Shown here piece after piece: positions 21,871-31,363 of a DNA stretch of 64,000 nucleotides. This DNA comes from Candidatus Magasanikiibacteriota bacterium. Its GTDB lineage: Bacteria; Patescibacteriota; Patescibacteriia; Magasanikbacterales; GWA2-37-8. Under the pieces are notes generated by a model. That model was not told the DNA's origin. It did no database searches and was given only the letters and a program-made list of their open reading frames with translations. Where the stretch lies: assembly GCA_963802255.1 (NCBI GenBank), contig CAWDHY010000001.1, positions 235,842 to 299,841 on the forward strand, read 5' to 3'. The position numbers were made by a program, and so were the translations under genes. How positions within the stretch are numbered: position 1 is the stretch's first letter; each line of letters starts with the position of its first letter.

Positions 21871-22995
21871 GTGAATATGTTACCTGAATATTTGCTTAAT
21901 ATAATCCGGCAGGATGATGACAAATTTTTTGGACATGAGCGTTCCGACTATGCAATTCCGATGTACTCTCCGGAGAGGCATTATTTGGATTTAACCAGAA
22001 GCAAATATTATCACGCGCTTCTTATAATGCGGAATGCCGTTTCAGCTTTATGCGACCATTATTTTGGAATCGAATTCGGTGCGAAAAAAGTTGATCTTTT
22101 TATGATCACGCCGAGCATCTCTTCACCAATGGGCCCCGGATCGAATTCAGCGGCAGTTCCAATAAAATTCGGTCAGTTTGACTCATTTTTAGTTGATTCG
22201 GCGCAGTTCGGGTTTGAACCGTTGTTGTTAAATAATTTTTCAAAAGTTTACTGCTATTTGCCATCAATGCGCGGCGAAGACCACGATCGAAGGCATCTTA
22301 ATCAATTTTTTCATTGCGAGGCAGAAATAAAAGGAACTCTTCAGGATGTTTATCCGATTGTGGAAAATCTCGTAAGAAATCTTTGCCAGACTCTCTCGAG
22401 CATGCCGAATATTATTAATTTAATCAGCGCGAGTCCGGAAGACACGGCATTGCATCTTCAACAGACGGCAGAAGTCCTATCTTTCCCGAAGATTAGTTTT
22501 GATGAAGCTGTGGATGTATTAGTGAAAAATGGCATGCGAGATTGTGTCATATTTACCGATACTGGTCGCGATATTACAGCTAAAGGTGAAAATGAACTTG
22601 CTAAGCATTTGAATTCTAATACACCTTTTTGGTTAACCGGTTTTGACCGTGATCGGGTTCCTTTTTATCAGAAGCCTCATAGTAATAGTCCAGATAAAGT
22701 TATAAATGCTGACTTACTATTTCCCCAGATTACTCCTGAATCTTTTGGTGGAGAAGTTGTCGGGTGCGGTGAGCGACAAGATTGCGCGGAGGAGATGAGG
22801 AGGTCATTACAGCGCCAGGGAATATCCGCCGAACCTTATGACTGGTATATTAATCTTAGGAATCAGCCAGGATATCAAACGACCTCCGGATTTGGCCTTG
22901 GCATTGAACGGTTTCTTACATGGGCGCTTTGCAGACCTGATATCAAGGATGTAATTATTTACCCTCGTTTAAAAAATGTCCGAACTTATCCTTAA
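21871..22995 (+). CDS. Class II aminoacyl-tRNA-synthetase catalytic-core paralog lacking an anticodon-binding domain (AsnA / Asp-Asn-RS-like ligase)
   Basis: 374 aa. Class II motif-2-like MRGEDHDRRHLNQFFHCEAE. Motif-3-like TSGFGLGIERFLTWAL. No N-terminal OB fold. Confidence 0.5.
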   Translation: MNMLPEYLLNIIRQDDDKFFGHERSDYAIPMYSPERHYLDLTRSKYYHALLIMRNAVSALCDHYFGIEFGAKKVDLFMITPSISSPMGPGSNSAAVPIKFGQFDSFLVDSAQFGFEPLLLNNFSKVYCYLPSMRGEDHDRRHLNQFFHCEAEIKGTLQDVYPIVENLVRNLCQTLSSMPNIINLISASPEDTALHLQQTAEVLSFPKISFDEAVDVLVKNGMRDCVIFTDTGRDITAKGENELAKHLNSNTPFWLTGFDRDRVPFYQKPHSNSPDKVINADLLFPQITPESFGGEVVGCGERQDCAEEMRRSLQRQGISAEPYDWYINLRNQPGYQTTSGFGLGIERFLTWALCRPDIKDVIIYPRLKNVRTYP

Positions 22996-23845
22996 TTATA
23001 TGGATTATTACAGCGACGTAAAAGAATATTTTAATGAAAAAGCACGCGAATATGACGATGTTGATAAACAGTTATATTGGGTTTTATCTGACCAGTATTT
23101 CAAAAAAATTTTAAGGAATGAACTGGATGATTTTTTTTCCAATTTTGAAAATGCACGCATTCTTGACGCTGGTGCCGGGACTGGCCGCTGGACCTTAATT
23201 TTAGATGAACTATTCGGGGCAAAAATCGGTAGCGGAGTTTTGGTGGATATTTCTTCAAAAATGCTTGATGAGGCAAAAAAGAAAATTGAAAAAAGCAATT
23301 TGTCGTCCAAGTACTCATGCCAAGAGGGTAATATTGAGAGTTTGGATTTTATAGAAAACGGTTCAATTGATCTGGCAATTTCTTTTTATAACGTCATTAG
23401 TTTTGTGGAACATCCTGAAAAGGCGCTGAGGGAAATAAGCGAGAAATTGCGGACCGGGGGCATCCATATTAGTATAGTGGCGAATAAGTATCACGCATAC
23501 TATTTTTCCATTTTGACTAATAGGTTAAATGAGCTGGATAATATATTTCACAAGTCGCTGATACGATTTAACGACGCTATGCCGGCAATTCATTGTTATA
23601 CGCCCGAAGAAATCAGGCAGCTATATGCTCAAAACGGTTTTGCCGATATCCGTGTTTTCGGCGGGCCAAATTTTATCTATCCGGGCATGGAAGAAACGAA
23701 AGTACTCGGGAATACTGAGCAAATTGCGAATAAATTAAGCGATCGGTCGATTTTTGACAAGATACTGTCAATTGAAATGGAAAATTACAGCAATCCGAAT
23801 ATTGTCGGTCGCGGAAATGTTTTACTAGTAATCGCAAAAAAATAA
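22976..23845 (+). CDS. Class I SAM-dependent methyltransferase
   Basis: Motif I ILDAGAGTGRWT, and an acidic post-I residue (VLVDIS). 289 aa. Alternative start at the ATG at 23000. Confidence 0.6.
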   Translation: MSELILNYMDYYSDVKEYFNEKAREYDDVDKQLYWVLSDQYFKKILRNELDDFFSNFENARILDAGAGTGRWTLILDELFGAKIGSGVLVDISSKMLDEAKKKIEKSNLSSKYSCQEGNIESLDFIENGSIDLAISFYNVISFVEHPEKALREISEKLRTGGIHISIVANKYHAYYFSILTNRLNELDNIFHKSLIRFNDAMPAIHCYTPEEIRQLYAQNGFADIRVFGGPNFIYPGMEETKVLGNTEQIANKLSDRSIFDKILSIEMENYSNPNIVGRGNVLLVIAKK

Positions 23846-23846
23846 T

Positions 23847-24833
23847 ATGTATGAAATCAGACCCGGTGACACTATAGGAATTGTTTCTCCTTCAGCGCCG
23901 ATTGCCGGTTATTGTCCGAAACGCTTGGACAGGGGAGCGAAACTGTTGGAACATATGGGCTATAAGGTTAAACTGGGGAAAAATGTTTCACAAATAAGTG
24001 ATTATACTGCCGGTTCCGCTTCCGACAGGGTTTCAGATATTCATAGCATGTTTGAAGACGTTGAAATTATGGCTGTTATCGCTACGGTTGGCGGTTTTAA
24101 TGCCAACGACTTGCTTGACAAATTGGATTATAAATTTATTGCCGATCATAAAAAGATTTTTATTGGTTATAGTGATATCACAGTATTATTGTCAGCACTA
24201 TCAAAATTATCGGGTATTAAGGCAATTATGGGGCCGATGATTTTGCCGCAATTCGGCGAATTTCCTGGCATGCTGGAATTTACAAAGGATTCATTCCAGA
24301 AAGTTACGCAGGGAATTGGAAGCGGAGAAAAATATGTTTTGCCTCAATCGGATCAATGGACTGAAGAGATGCTGTTGTGGGACAAAGAGGACAATCGGCC
24401 GAGAAATATGGCTGCGAATGAAGGATGGAAAGTAGTCAGCGGGGGGATGTCCAGAGGCAGATTGGTTGCCGGTAATTTAAATTCCCTGGTCAAACTTATA
24501 GGAACTCCTTATATCTATGATTTTCAAGACGCGATTCTTTTTTTGGAAGACGACGACAGTGAGTCGCCGGCTACAGTACGGCGCATGCTTATGCAAATGA
24601 AACAAGCAAACTTATTGGTGGGAGTTAAGGGCTTTGTGTTCGGCAGGTTTCAAAAAAAGAGCAATATCGCGGAACAAGACATAAGAAATATTTTTGAAGT
24701 TCTTTATGAAAAAGTTGAAATACCGGTAATAATGAATGCGGATTTTGGGCATACGGACCCCATGTTATGTTTGCCAATTGGAAACGAGGTCGTAATTGAT
24801 ACGGAAAAATCCGGGATAACAGTTATTTTATAA
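23847..24833 (+). CDS. LD-carboxypeptidase / microcin C7 immunity MccF-family serine peptidase (peptidase S66)
   Basis: N-terminal GDTIGIVSPSAP. Nucleophile motif IFIGYSDITVL. Acidic FLEDDDSE and late DFGHT consistent with an S66 Ser-Glu-His triad. 328 aa. Confidence 0.7.
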   Translation: MYEIRPGDTIGIVSPSAPIAGYCPKRLDRGAKLLEHMGYKVKLGKNVSQISDYTAGSASDRVSDIHSMFEDVEIMAVIATVGGFNANDLLDKLDYKFIADHKKIFIGYSDITVLLSALSKLSGIKAIMGPMILPQFGEFPGMLEFTKDSFQKVTQGIGSGEKYVLPQSDQWTEEMLLWDKEDNRPRNMAANEGWKVVSGGMSRGRLVAGNLNSLVKLIGTPYIYDFQDAILFLEDDDSESPATVRRMLMQMKQANLLVGVKGFVFGRFQKKSNIAEQDIRNIFEVLYEKVEIPVIMNADFGHTDPMLCLPIGNEVVIDTEKSGITVIL

Positions 24834-24886
24834 GAAAAGTTCTTTACAATCAAAATTGACGCCACAGAAGAGATAGGAGGTTGATA

Positions 24887-26203
24887 ATGAAAATGGGCGA
24901 TTTGCTTCGCTTTGCTCCGGAGGGTACAGAGTTCTCCGGTCGGGTTCGCTTGCTGAGTAAACGGAGATTCGGCAAGATCTGTTTTTGTGGGGTGCGGTTT
25001 CATGAAGACCAGGTCCAGATCATGATGAACGCGGAATTGGTGAATTTTCACGAGATTTCTCGCTTGCCGCTCGGAAGCCTCATCGTGGTTCGCGGTGTTA
25101 AAACTCTCACAAAGATCGGTGAACCAACCCTTCGCGTCACTGAAGCGGTAGTGGAATTTGTGTTCGACGGAACGATGCCGGACAAGTTTCATGGTTTGTC
25201 GTCAGGGCACCGGTATCGCGATCGGGTCCAAGATCTGATGGTAAATCCGGATTCTTTTTTCTTCGCGCGCAAGATGACAGCCGCGCTTATGGCAATGCGA
25301 CAGTATCTTTATAAGCAAGGATTCCGTGAATTCATCACCGGAGTTCTTCAGGAGCAGTTTGAAGGCGGACAGGCAAACGCATTTTCAACCTTGTGCCGTG
25401 CGAACGGACATTTGCTGTATTTGAGTCTGACGAGCGAACTCAAATTGAAACGCCTGATCGTGTCCGGTTTCGAGCGCGTGTTCGAAATTGCCCAGTCATT
25501 CCGTAATGAGGGGATAGACGCCATTCACTCGCCGGAGTTTACTCTCCTTGAGATGTACGCCGCCGACCATGACTGTCACGAAATGATGATTCTCTTGGAG
25601 CGGATGGTTTGCGAAGTGGTTGCCGCTTGTGAAGGATCGCCTGAAATTTTGTTCGCGGTGGATGACAATTATAATCACATAGTATCATACCAGCCGCCGT
25701 TCAAGCGGTTGACGTTCAGGCAGGCGTTCGAAACATTTGTCGGTGGTTGGAATGAGTGTGATATCGGCCATCTTTCCCAATGCATGCCAGATTTGTTCAG
25801 TCGGTCAATGACGAGATTCACTTGGCTTATGAAGGTCATCGAAAAGATATTAGCTCCCAAGTTGATAGAACCCACTTTCCTCACGGAGCTTCCGATTGGG
25901 ATGTCTCCCTTCGTAAAAAATCACGAAAGAGGCGAAACAAGTGACAGGGCTTTCTTCATAGCACAAGGCGTGTTTCTCGCCGATATCTACACCGACGAAA
26001 ACAGAATCGGGAAGGTTGAAGAAGCATTGCGTGTTCAGGCGTCGGAGACAAACAACCCGCTCAATGAGGAATACCTTGACGCTTTGAGGCTTGGTATGCC
26101 CCCAACGGCGGGTATCGGGCTGGGCTTGAATCGGTTGCTGATGCTCATGTTACACGATCTCCCACAAAACATTAAGGAAACCATGTTGTATCCGATATTG
26201 TGA
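24887..26203 (+). CDS. Lysyl-tRNA synthetase-like class IIb aaRS (short, GC-rich)
   Basis: N-terminal OB fold. GHRYRDRVQDLMVN (LysRS RYRQRYLDL-like). Motif 1 FREFITGVLQ. Motif 2 FRNEGIDAIHSPEFTLLEMY. Motif 3 PPTAGIGLGLNRLLMLM. GGAGG RBS lies 6 nt before the ATG at 24887. Visibly higher GC than the flanking genes. Confidence 0.7.
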   Translation: MKMGDLLRFAPEGTEFSGRVRLLSKRRFGKICFCGVRFHEDQVQIMMNAELVNFHEISRLPLGSLIVVRGVKTLTKIGEPTLRVTEAVVEFVFDGTMPDKFHGLSSGHRYRDRVQDLMVNPDSFFFARKMTAALMAMRQYLYKQGFREFITGVLQEQFEGGQANAFSTLCRANGHLLYLSLTSELKLKRLIVSGFERVFEIAQSFRNEGIDAIHSPEFTLLEMYAADHDCHEMMILLERMVCEVVAACEGSPEILFAVDDNYNHIVSYQPPFKRLTFRQAFETFVGGWNECDIGHLSQCMPDLFSRSMTRFTWLMKVIEKILAPKLIEPTFLTELPIGMSPFVKNHERGETSDRAFFIAQGVFLADIYTDENRIGKVEEALRVQASETNNPLNEEYLDALRLGMPPTAGIGLGLNRLLMLMLHDLPQNIKETMLYPIL

Positions 26204-26282
26204 ATGGGAATTGTCACCAAAATTGTATGTGTCAAATAATAAGTCTAGCGATTTTTTTCAGCTTTTTTTGGATGTTCCTCCC

Positions 26283-26316
26283 GGCGCACTAATCACGATT
26301 AGTGCGCCGTTTTTTT
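26283..26316 (+). terminator. Rho-independent terminator (ggcgcactaatcacgattagtgcgcc + T8)
   Basis: Perfect 9-bp stem and T-run directly after the LysRS-like gene. Confidence 0.75.
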
Positions 26317-26354
26317 ACTAGTTTTCTGTGGATAAAATTAATCGGCATTTAGCT

Positions 26355-26383
26355 TTGTGGACGCAACTCTTTTGTGGTATAAT
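26355..26383 (+). promoter_or_regulatory. Promoter: TTGTGG-17-TGgTATAAT
   Basis: ttgtggacgcaactcttttgtggtataat lies 30 nt upstream of the 26413 ATG. Confidence 0.4.
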
Positions 26384-26412
26384 ATATATGTAAATTAAGC
26401 CAATCGGCTGAT

Positions 26413-29235
26413 ATGTTTAATTCCCTTCGTATAAAGGGAAAAATTCTTTGGGATGTCATAAAACCGCGCAACCGGCTGGGTTTATTGTCGGCTGTTTTTG
26501 TAGTGTCCGCATTGCTTGTACTCATTTTTGTTGTTGGTCCTCAGGCATACGCCTCATCAATTGGCGATGATATCGCCAGTATGATCGGGGAGTTGTTTTT
26601 ATGGATTGCGACAAAACTATTATCCCTTACTGTTTTCTTATTAAAATTTGTAATAGAAATTGCGAGCTACAACAATTACATCAATTCCGGAGCAGTCACG
26701 CTTGGCTGGATTTTAGTGCGCGATGTGACGAATATGTTTTTCGTCATCATTTTGATGGTCATCGCTTTTGGTACTGTGCTCGGCATTGAACAATATGAAT
26801 GGAAAAAATTATTGGTTAAATTTGTAATGGCGGCTATACTTGTAAATTTTTCCCGCGTTATTTGCGGAGTGATAATTGACGCGGCTCAAGTTTTTATGAT
26901 GACTTTTATTTCCGGCGTGGCTGCAGTTGCCGGCGGAAATCTTATCAACGCTTTAAAATTGGAGAGTATTTTGTCATACAGCAAGAACACTTCAGCCGAG
27001 GCTATGAAGCATATGAATGTTGTGGTCACTTCCATGTTCGCTTGTGTTTTCGCTTTTGCCACAGTGGTAGTTATGGGCGCGTATCTGGTGGTACTGATCG
27101 GACGCGCCATTACACTATGGGTGCTGATTATTTTATCGCCATTGTCCTTTGTGTTAAGTGTCATTCCAAAAACTCAGCAATATGCTTCGCAGTGGTGGAG
27201 TGAATTTAGCAACAACGTAATTGTCGGTCCGGTGCTTGCATTTTTTCTTTGGCTGGCGTTTGCCGTGGCCGGTGGGTCGGATGTTCATCAGGAGTTCTCA
27301 AGTGGTTCGGCATATCCGATGACAGACCCGGCGTCAGAGCAGGCGGCGATAGAGGCCATGGGTGCGCAGTCAGCCACAGAATCATCAGGTACAAATTTGA
27401 GCGCGGTGATGGAGTGGGATAATATGGCCAGTTTTATCATTGCCGTTGGCCTGCTTTTAGCCGGCGTCAAAACCGCGCAAAAACTTGGCACTGCCGGAGC
27501 CGGAGCGCTTGGTGCGGCCGGCGGAGCAGTCACTGGATTTGCTATGGCCGCGACCGGTGTGACCGCGGCCAGATGGGCGGCCAGAACGGGTGTGGGCGCG
27601 GCAAAAAGAGGGGCGATGAAAGCCGGAAAATTTGTTGCTATGAAAGCGCCGGTGGTTGGTGGTGATGCGTGGAAGAGGAGGGGGAGATCGATAAAGGCGG
27701 GTGTAGCGGAAAAATATCAGGATGTGATGAGGGGATATGAAGGAGCGACGAATAAATTGCGGAAAGGAAAGGGCTGGCGTCGTGCCTTGGGTTCTGTAGC
27801 GCCTTTAACGAGTTTTCAAAAAGAAAAAGATGTTCAGTTTAGAGAATCCATGGCAAAGGTAGCCAAAGAAGAGCGTGAAGAGTTGCATGGTAGGGGTGGA
27901 ACAGAACTCGGTAAAAGAGCCGGCAGAAGAAAGAAACACTTGGAACATGTGATTGAAGAAGAGGACTTTAATAAAAAAGCCGGTCTTATGCTTGCTGAAG
28001 CCGATGCATATAAGCGTGTCGGTAAAAATGAAATGGCGCAGAAAATATATAATGACCGGGATGCGATGATTTATGACAGAAAAATGAAACAGGATGTCGC
28101 CCACATGGACTATCCGCAATTAATGGGTGCGGCAGAAGCCGGCGCTCAAGCAACGGCGGATATAAAGAAAAAAATTGTAGAAGAGTATGGCAAAGGTGAT
28201 AAAGCTGATAAAAGTAAAATAGACGGCTATAGTGAAAAATTAAATGAGCAGCAATTACATAATACGCGACTTTTGGCACACGCAAGAGGAATGGGCGGCG
28301 CGACTGCTACGGATGTTAACAAAATGCTTTCTTCCTTTTCAGGCCAAGATGACACCGACCATAGCGCGGCAGCCGAGGCATCGCGGGTTTATGGTCTTGA
28401 CGCGAATAAGGAAAATGAGAAAAAAATATTAGAAGATTTAGTAAAAAAGTTTGGAAATAGCGGGCAGAATCAGGCGGCGATGAGCGCATTAGCAAAAGCA
28501 AATGCCGCTCTGATTAAGACCGATGCAACAAAAATTGGCGCAGCCGCTTCAATTAGCGAGGGAGTTGTAATTGATGAAAGGACAGGAGTAAGAAATGTTG
28601 TGCGAGGTTTCGGGAGGGGTGTTGGTGATTTTGATATAAAAGGAAAAAATCGAAAAGAAGAATATGAAAGATTGGATGAAAAAGAGAATCTCGCATTGCT
28701 GAGTGGGGATATTGAAAAAGCCGAGAAATTAGGAATAGAAAAAAAGGAACATGAATCAAATTCTTTTGAGACCAGTGAAGCAAAGGCCAAATATTTTAGT
28801 GAGGTTGCCGCAGTATCGTATCGGGAATCTACCGATGCTAACAGTATTGTTAGTTCGGCAAAAAGGGACTCGCAAGGAAATATCACTGATGTCGTAAAGT
28901 TTGATGACCGTCAGTTGGAGTCAATGAGCCGTTACCTTGGCGCCACGCCAGCCACTCAGATGAAGAAGGCTTTTCCACCGAGCATGATTGAGGCATTAAA
29001 TAAAATGGCGATGAGTGGAGAAAATGCCGCCTTTTTACTTAAAAGGTTGTCATCAAAAATGACCGATGATAATCAAATAAAGGCGCTCACGTCATTACTT
29101 GGGGGAATTGCCGGTAAAAGACCGGCGCAAGAAGCACAAACAACACCAGGAGGAAAAGCCCAGGCGGCGCGTGCGGCGACAGAAGAGAGTGATGAAATCG
29201 AAGCAGAAGAAGATGCAAAGTTTAACAAAAAATAA
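26413..29235 (+). CDS. VirB6/TrbL-like polytopic membrane protein with a long charged/coiled C-terminal extension (T4SS-like component)
   Basis: 940 aa. Multiple N-terminal TM helices over the first ~270 aa, then a Gly/Ala-rich segment, then a K/E/A-rich tail. The architecture matches VirB6/TrbL-type proteins. A VirB4 homolog lies downstream. Confidence 0.45.
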   Translation: MFNSLRIKGKILWDVIKPRNRLGLLSAVFVVSALLVLIFVVGPQAYASSIGDDIASMIGELFLWIATKLLSLTVFLLKFVIEIASYNNYINSGAVTLGWILVRDVTNMFFVIILMVIAFGTVLGIEQYEWKKLLVKFVMAAILVNFSRVICGVIIDAAQVFMMTFISGVAAVAGGNLINALKLESILSYSKNTSAEAMKHMNVVVTSMFACVFAFATVVVMGAYLVVLIGRAITLWVLIILSPLSFVLSVIPKTQQYASQWWSEFSNNVIVGPVLAFFLWLAFAVAGGSDVHQEFSSGSAYPMTDPASEQAAIEAMGAQSATESSGTNLSAVMEWDNMASFIIAVGLLLAGVKTAQKLGTAGAGALGAAGGAVTGFAMAATGVTAARWAARTGVGAAKRGAMKAGKFVAMKAPVVGGDAWKRRGRSIKAGVAEKYQDVMRGYEGATNKLRKGKGWRRALGSVAPLTSFQKEKDVQFRESMAKVAKEEREELHGRGGTELGKRAGRRKKHLEHVIEEEDFNKKAGLMLAEADAYKRVGKNEMAQKIYNDRDAMIYDRKMKQDVAHMDYPQLMGAAEAGAQATADIKKKIVEEYGKGDKADKSKIDGYSEKLNEQQLHNTRLLAHARGMGGATATDVNKMLSSFSGQDDTDHSAAAEASRVYGLDANKENEKKILEDLVKKFGNSGQNQAAMSALAKANAALIKTDATKIGAAASISEGVVIDERTGVRNVVRGFGRGVGDFDIKGKNRKEEYERLDEKENLALLSGDIEKAEKLGIEKKEHESNSFETSEAKAKYFSEVAAVSYRESTDANSIVSSAKRDSQGNITDVVKFDDRQLESMSRYLGATPATQMKKAFPPSMIEALNKMAMSGENAAFLLKRLSSKMTDDNQIKALTSLLGGIAGKRPAQEAQTTPGGKAQAARAATEESDEIEAEEDAKFNKK

Positions 29236-29268
29236 GATGCAAGTGATATATTTTCCATTTTAACGAAT

Positions 29269-30372
29269 ATGCGGAACTATAATCCACAGCAAAACAGTCA
29301 AACAAATTTTGCAGAATTGCAAAAAGATTTTTTTGAAACCGATATATTGGCGCCGGATGCTTTTGCGCCTATCAAAAAAGATTTGATTGATTATTTTAAT
29401 TCCGCCGACGCATCCGCTAAGAAAAATAGCAGGCAATTTTGGTTGTTGAACGTATATGCTACCTGGAAGTTCATTAATCAGCTTTCTCCGACTGAAGTAA
29501 TTGATTTTATGGTGGAACAAATTCCTGATGCCATACGGCTGGGATTTGATGTGACTGATAAATTGATCTGGTATATGGGGTTGAATGTTAATGATTTGGA
29601 AAATAGGATGATTTTTTATTCCGAGATAAGAACAAAAATTCTGACAGGAGATTTCTTTATTGACTCAGCCGGAAAAGAAATGACAATGAAAGATCTTTTC
29701 CAACAGATTCGCCTGCTTGACAGTTATGCGAATGACGCCATGCGGGCAGCTGAATTATATGAAAAGATTCAGCGAACATTATTCGCCGGTACGGAGAATG
29801 ATTCAATATATGAGTATTTAATAATTGACCACAGAGAGGCGGTAGAAAAAATGGTTGATTTGGTTAGCTTTATCAATACAGTAGAACCGGATAAGATTTG
29901 GGAAACGGTAGAAGGCGCCATATTTATTGAAACCACACAAACATCGCCGGATGAAGTGCCTGTACCGGTGGTGGAAAAACCGGAAATAATCAGACCGACA
30001 CCCGAATTGGAAATGAAAGCAAAGGCGCTTGCGGCTGCTGATATGAAACCGGGTTCAACTGAAAAACCTGTAAATTTGGCGACGGAGCCGGCAAAGCAAG
30101 CGGAACCTAAAAAATCTTTTCAACCGCCAAAATCTGTCCAGCCACCAAAGCCGGCAGAACCGGTACAACCAGTTACGCCAGTTAAGCCGTCCTATGCAGA
30201 AATTCGCAGAAAAATTGAAGCTGTGTTTCCGAAAGACGCGCAGGGTGAGTATACAAATTTAGACAGTTTACTTGCCGCTCTGCAGAGCGCAGCTGAGAAA
30301 TACAACGATCCGAAAATTTCCGAACTGATGTATTTTGACGAATCTGACAATAAATTTAAATGGAGCATATAA
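29269..30372 (+). CDS. Hypothetical protein with a C-terminal Pro/Lys-rich linker (T4SS-like cluster)
   Basis: 367 aa. PEPxKP repeats (KSFQPPKSVQPPKPAEPVQPVTPVKPS). No known domain. Confidence 0.4.
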   Translation: MRNYNPQQNSQTNFAELQKDFFETDILAPDAFAPIKKDLIDYFNSADASAKKNSRQFWLLNVYATWKFINQLSPTEVIDFMVEQIPDAIRLGFDVTDKLIWYMGLNVNDLENRMIFYSEIRTKILTGDFFIDSAGKEMTMKDLFQQIRLLDSYANDAMRAAELYEKIQRTLFAGTENDSIYEYLIIDHREAVEKMVDLVSFINTVEPDKIWETVEGAIFIETTQTSPDEVPVPVVEKPEIIRPTPELEMKAKALAAADMKPGSTEKPVNLATEPAKQAEPKKSFQPPKSVQPPKPAEPVQPVTPVKPSYAEIRRKIEAVFPKDAQGEYTNLDSLLAALQSAAEKYNDPKISELMYFDESDNKFKWSI

Positions 30373-30373
30373 T

Positions 30374-31357
30374 ATGGCTGAAAGTACAATGATTACGATA
30401 AAAAGACCGGATGGGACCATAGAAAAAATTTCTTTGGCAGAATTTATGGCGCGTAAGAAAAAAAAGACGGATGTGCCGGCGGCTTCTAAACCGGCCGTTG
30501 TCGTGGCTCCCGTAGTATCTGCGCCGCAAAAGACAAAACCGTCGATTCAGCCTTCAGAGTCCGTACCAAAGAATTTGCGCCCGCTGAACCATTCAAATAT
30601 TAAATCGCTTGTATCTGAAATTGTTAAGTCAAAGCCGATTGAAAAGTCGGCGACAACACCAAAAGTATCGGTTCCGGTTGTTGTGCCACCTGAAATAAAA
30701 AGGACTGAAGAGAAAAAAATATTTGTTCCGCAAAAACCCGTGGTTAATCCGCCGTCGGTTTCACGTTTTGAAAAATCTGACGCCGCTTCATTGCTTGATG
30801 AAGAAGTTCCACCCCCTGCGACAGTCAATAAACCATTGATCAAACCAATGGGAATGCCTACCGCCTTGATGAAAGAGAATGAAAACATCTTGCCGTCAAC
30901 CTCAGCCCCTGTAAATACTTTCGTGCATGCGCCTCAAACAATGCGAACTATGCAACCCCGTCATGAATCTGCTTTAAACAAGGAGAAGGATATAACAGCT
31001 CCGCCGGTCAGGCCGATGGTCCGTGATATATTTCCGGTGAAGCCATCAAACTTGGGGCCGGTTGATGAGATTGAATTTTTTACTTTAACTGATTTCCGGC
31101 GTTTATCTTCAAATCCGCCTGAAGCGGCGTCGCGTCTCAAACAGAAATTTTTGAATTTACGCGATGAATCGTATGTCTTGTTTATTGATGGCCTTGCCGC
31201 CTGGCGCCAGAGTCCGTTGTTTATTGAATATTCCGGTGCGGTCACTGAGGCATTAAATACAAAGAAGAAATTGTCGGACGTATTATTGTCTGACCCGAAT
31301 AAAATACAAATGAATGAAATTCAGGCTATAATACAAATGGAAAAAGATTTGATATAG
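30374..31357 (+). CDS. Hypothetical Pro-rich protein (T4SS-like cluster)
   Basis: GGAG RBS at 30362 and ATG at 30374 (MAESTMITIKRPDG). The ORF-track start at 30335 overlaps the upstream gene. Pro/Val/Ser-rich middle region. Confidence 0.4.
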   Translation: MAESTMITIKRPDGTIEKISLAEFMARKKKKTDVPAASKPAVVVAPVVSAPQKTKPSIQPSESVPKNLRPLNHSNIKSLVSEIVKSKPIEKSATTPKVSVPVVVPPEIKRTEEKKIFVPQKPVVNPPSVSRFEKSDAASLLDEEVPPPATVNKPLIKPMGMPTALMKENENILPSTSAPVNTFVHAPQTMRTMQPRHESALNKEKDITAPPVRPMVRDIFPVKPSNLGPVDEIEFFTLTDFRRLSSNPPEAASRLKQKFLNLRDESYVLFIDGLAAWRQSPLFIEYSGAVTEALNTKKKLSDVLLSDPNKIQMNEIQAIIQMEKDLI

Positions 31358-31363
31358 CGTCCT

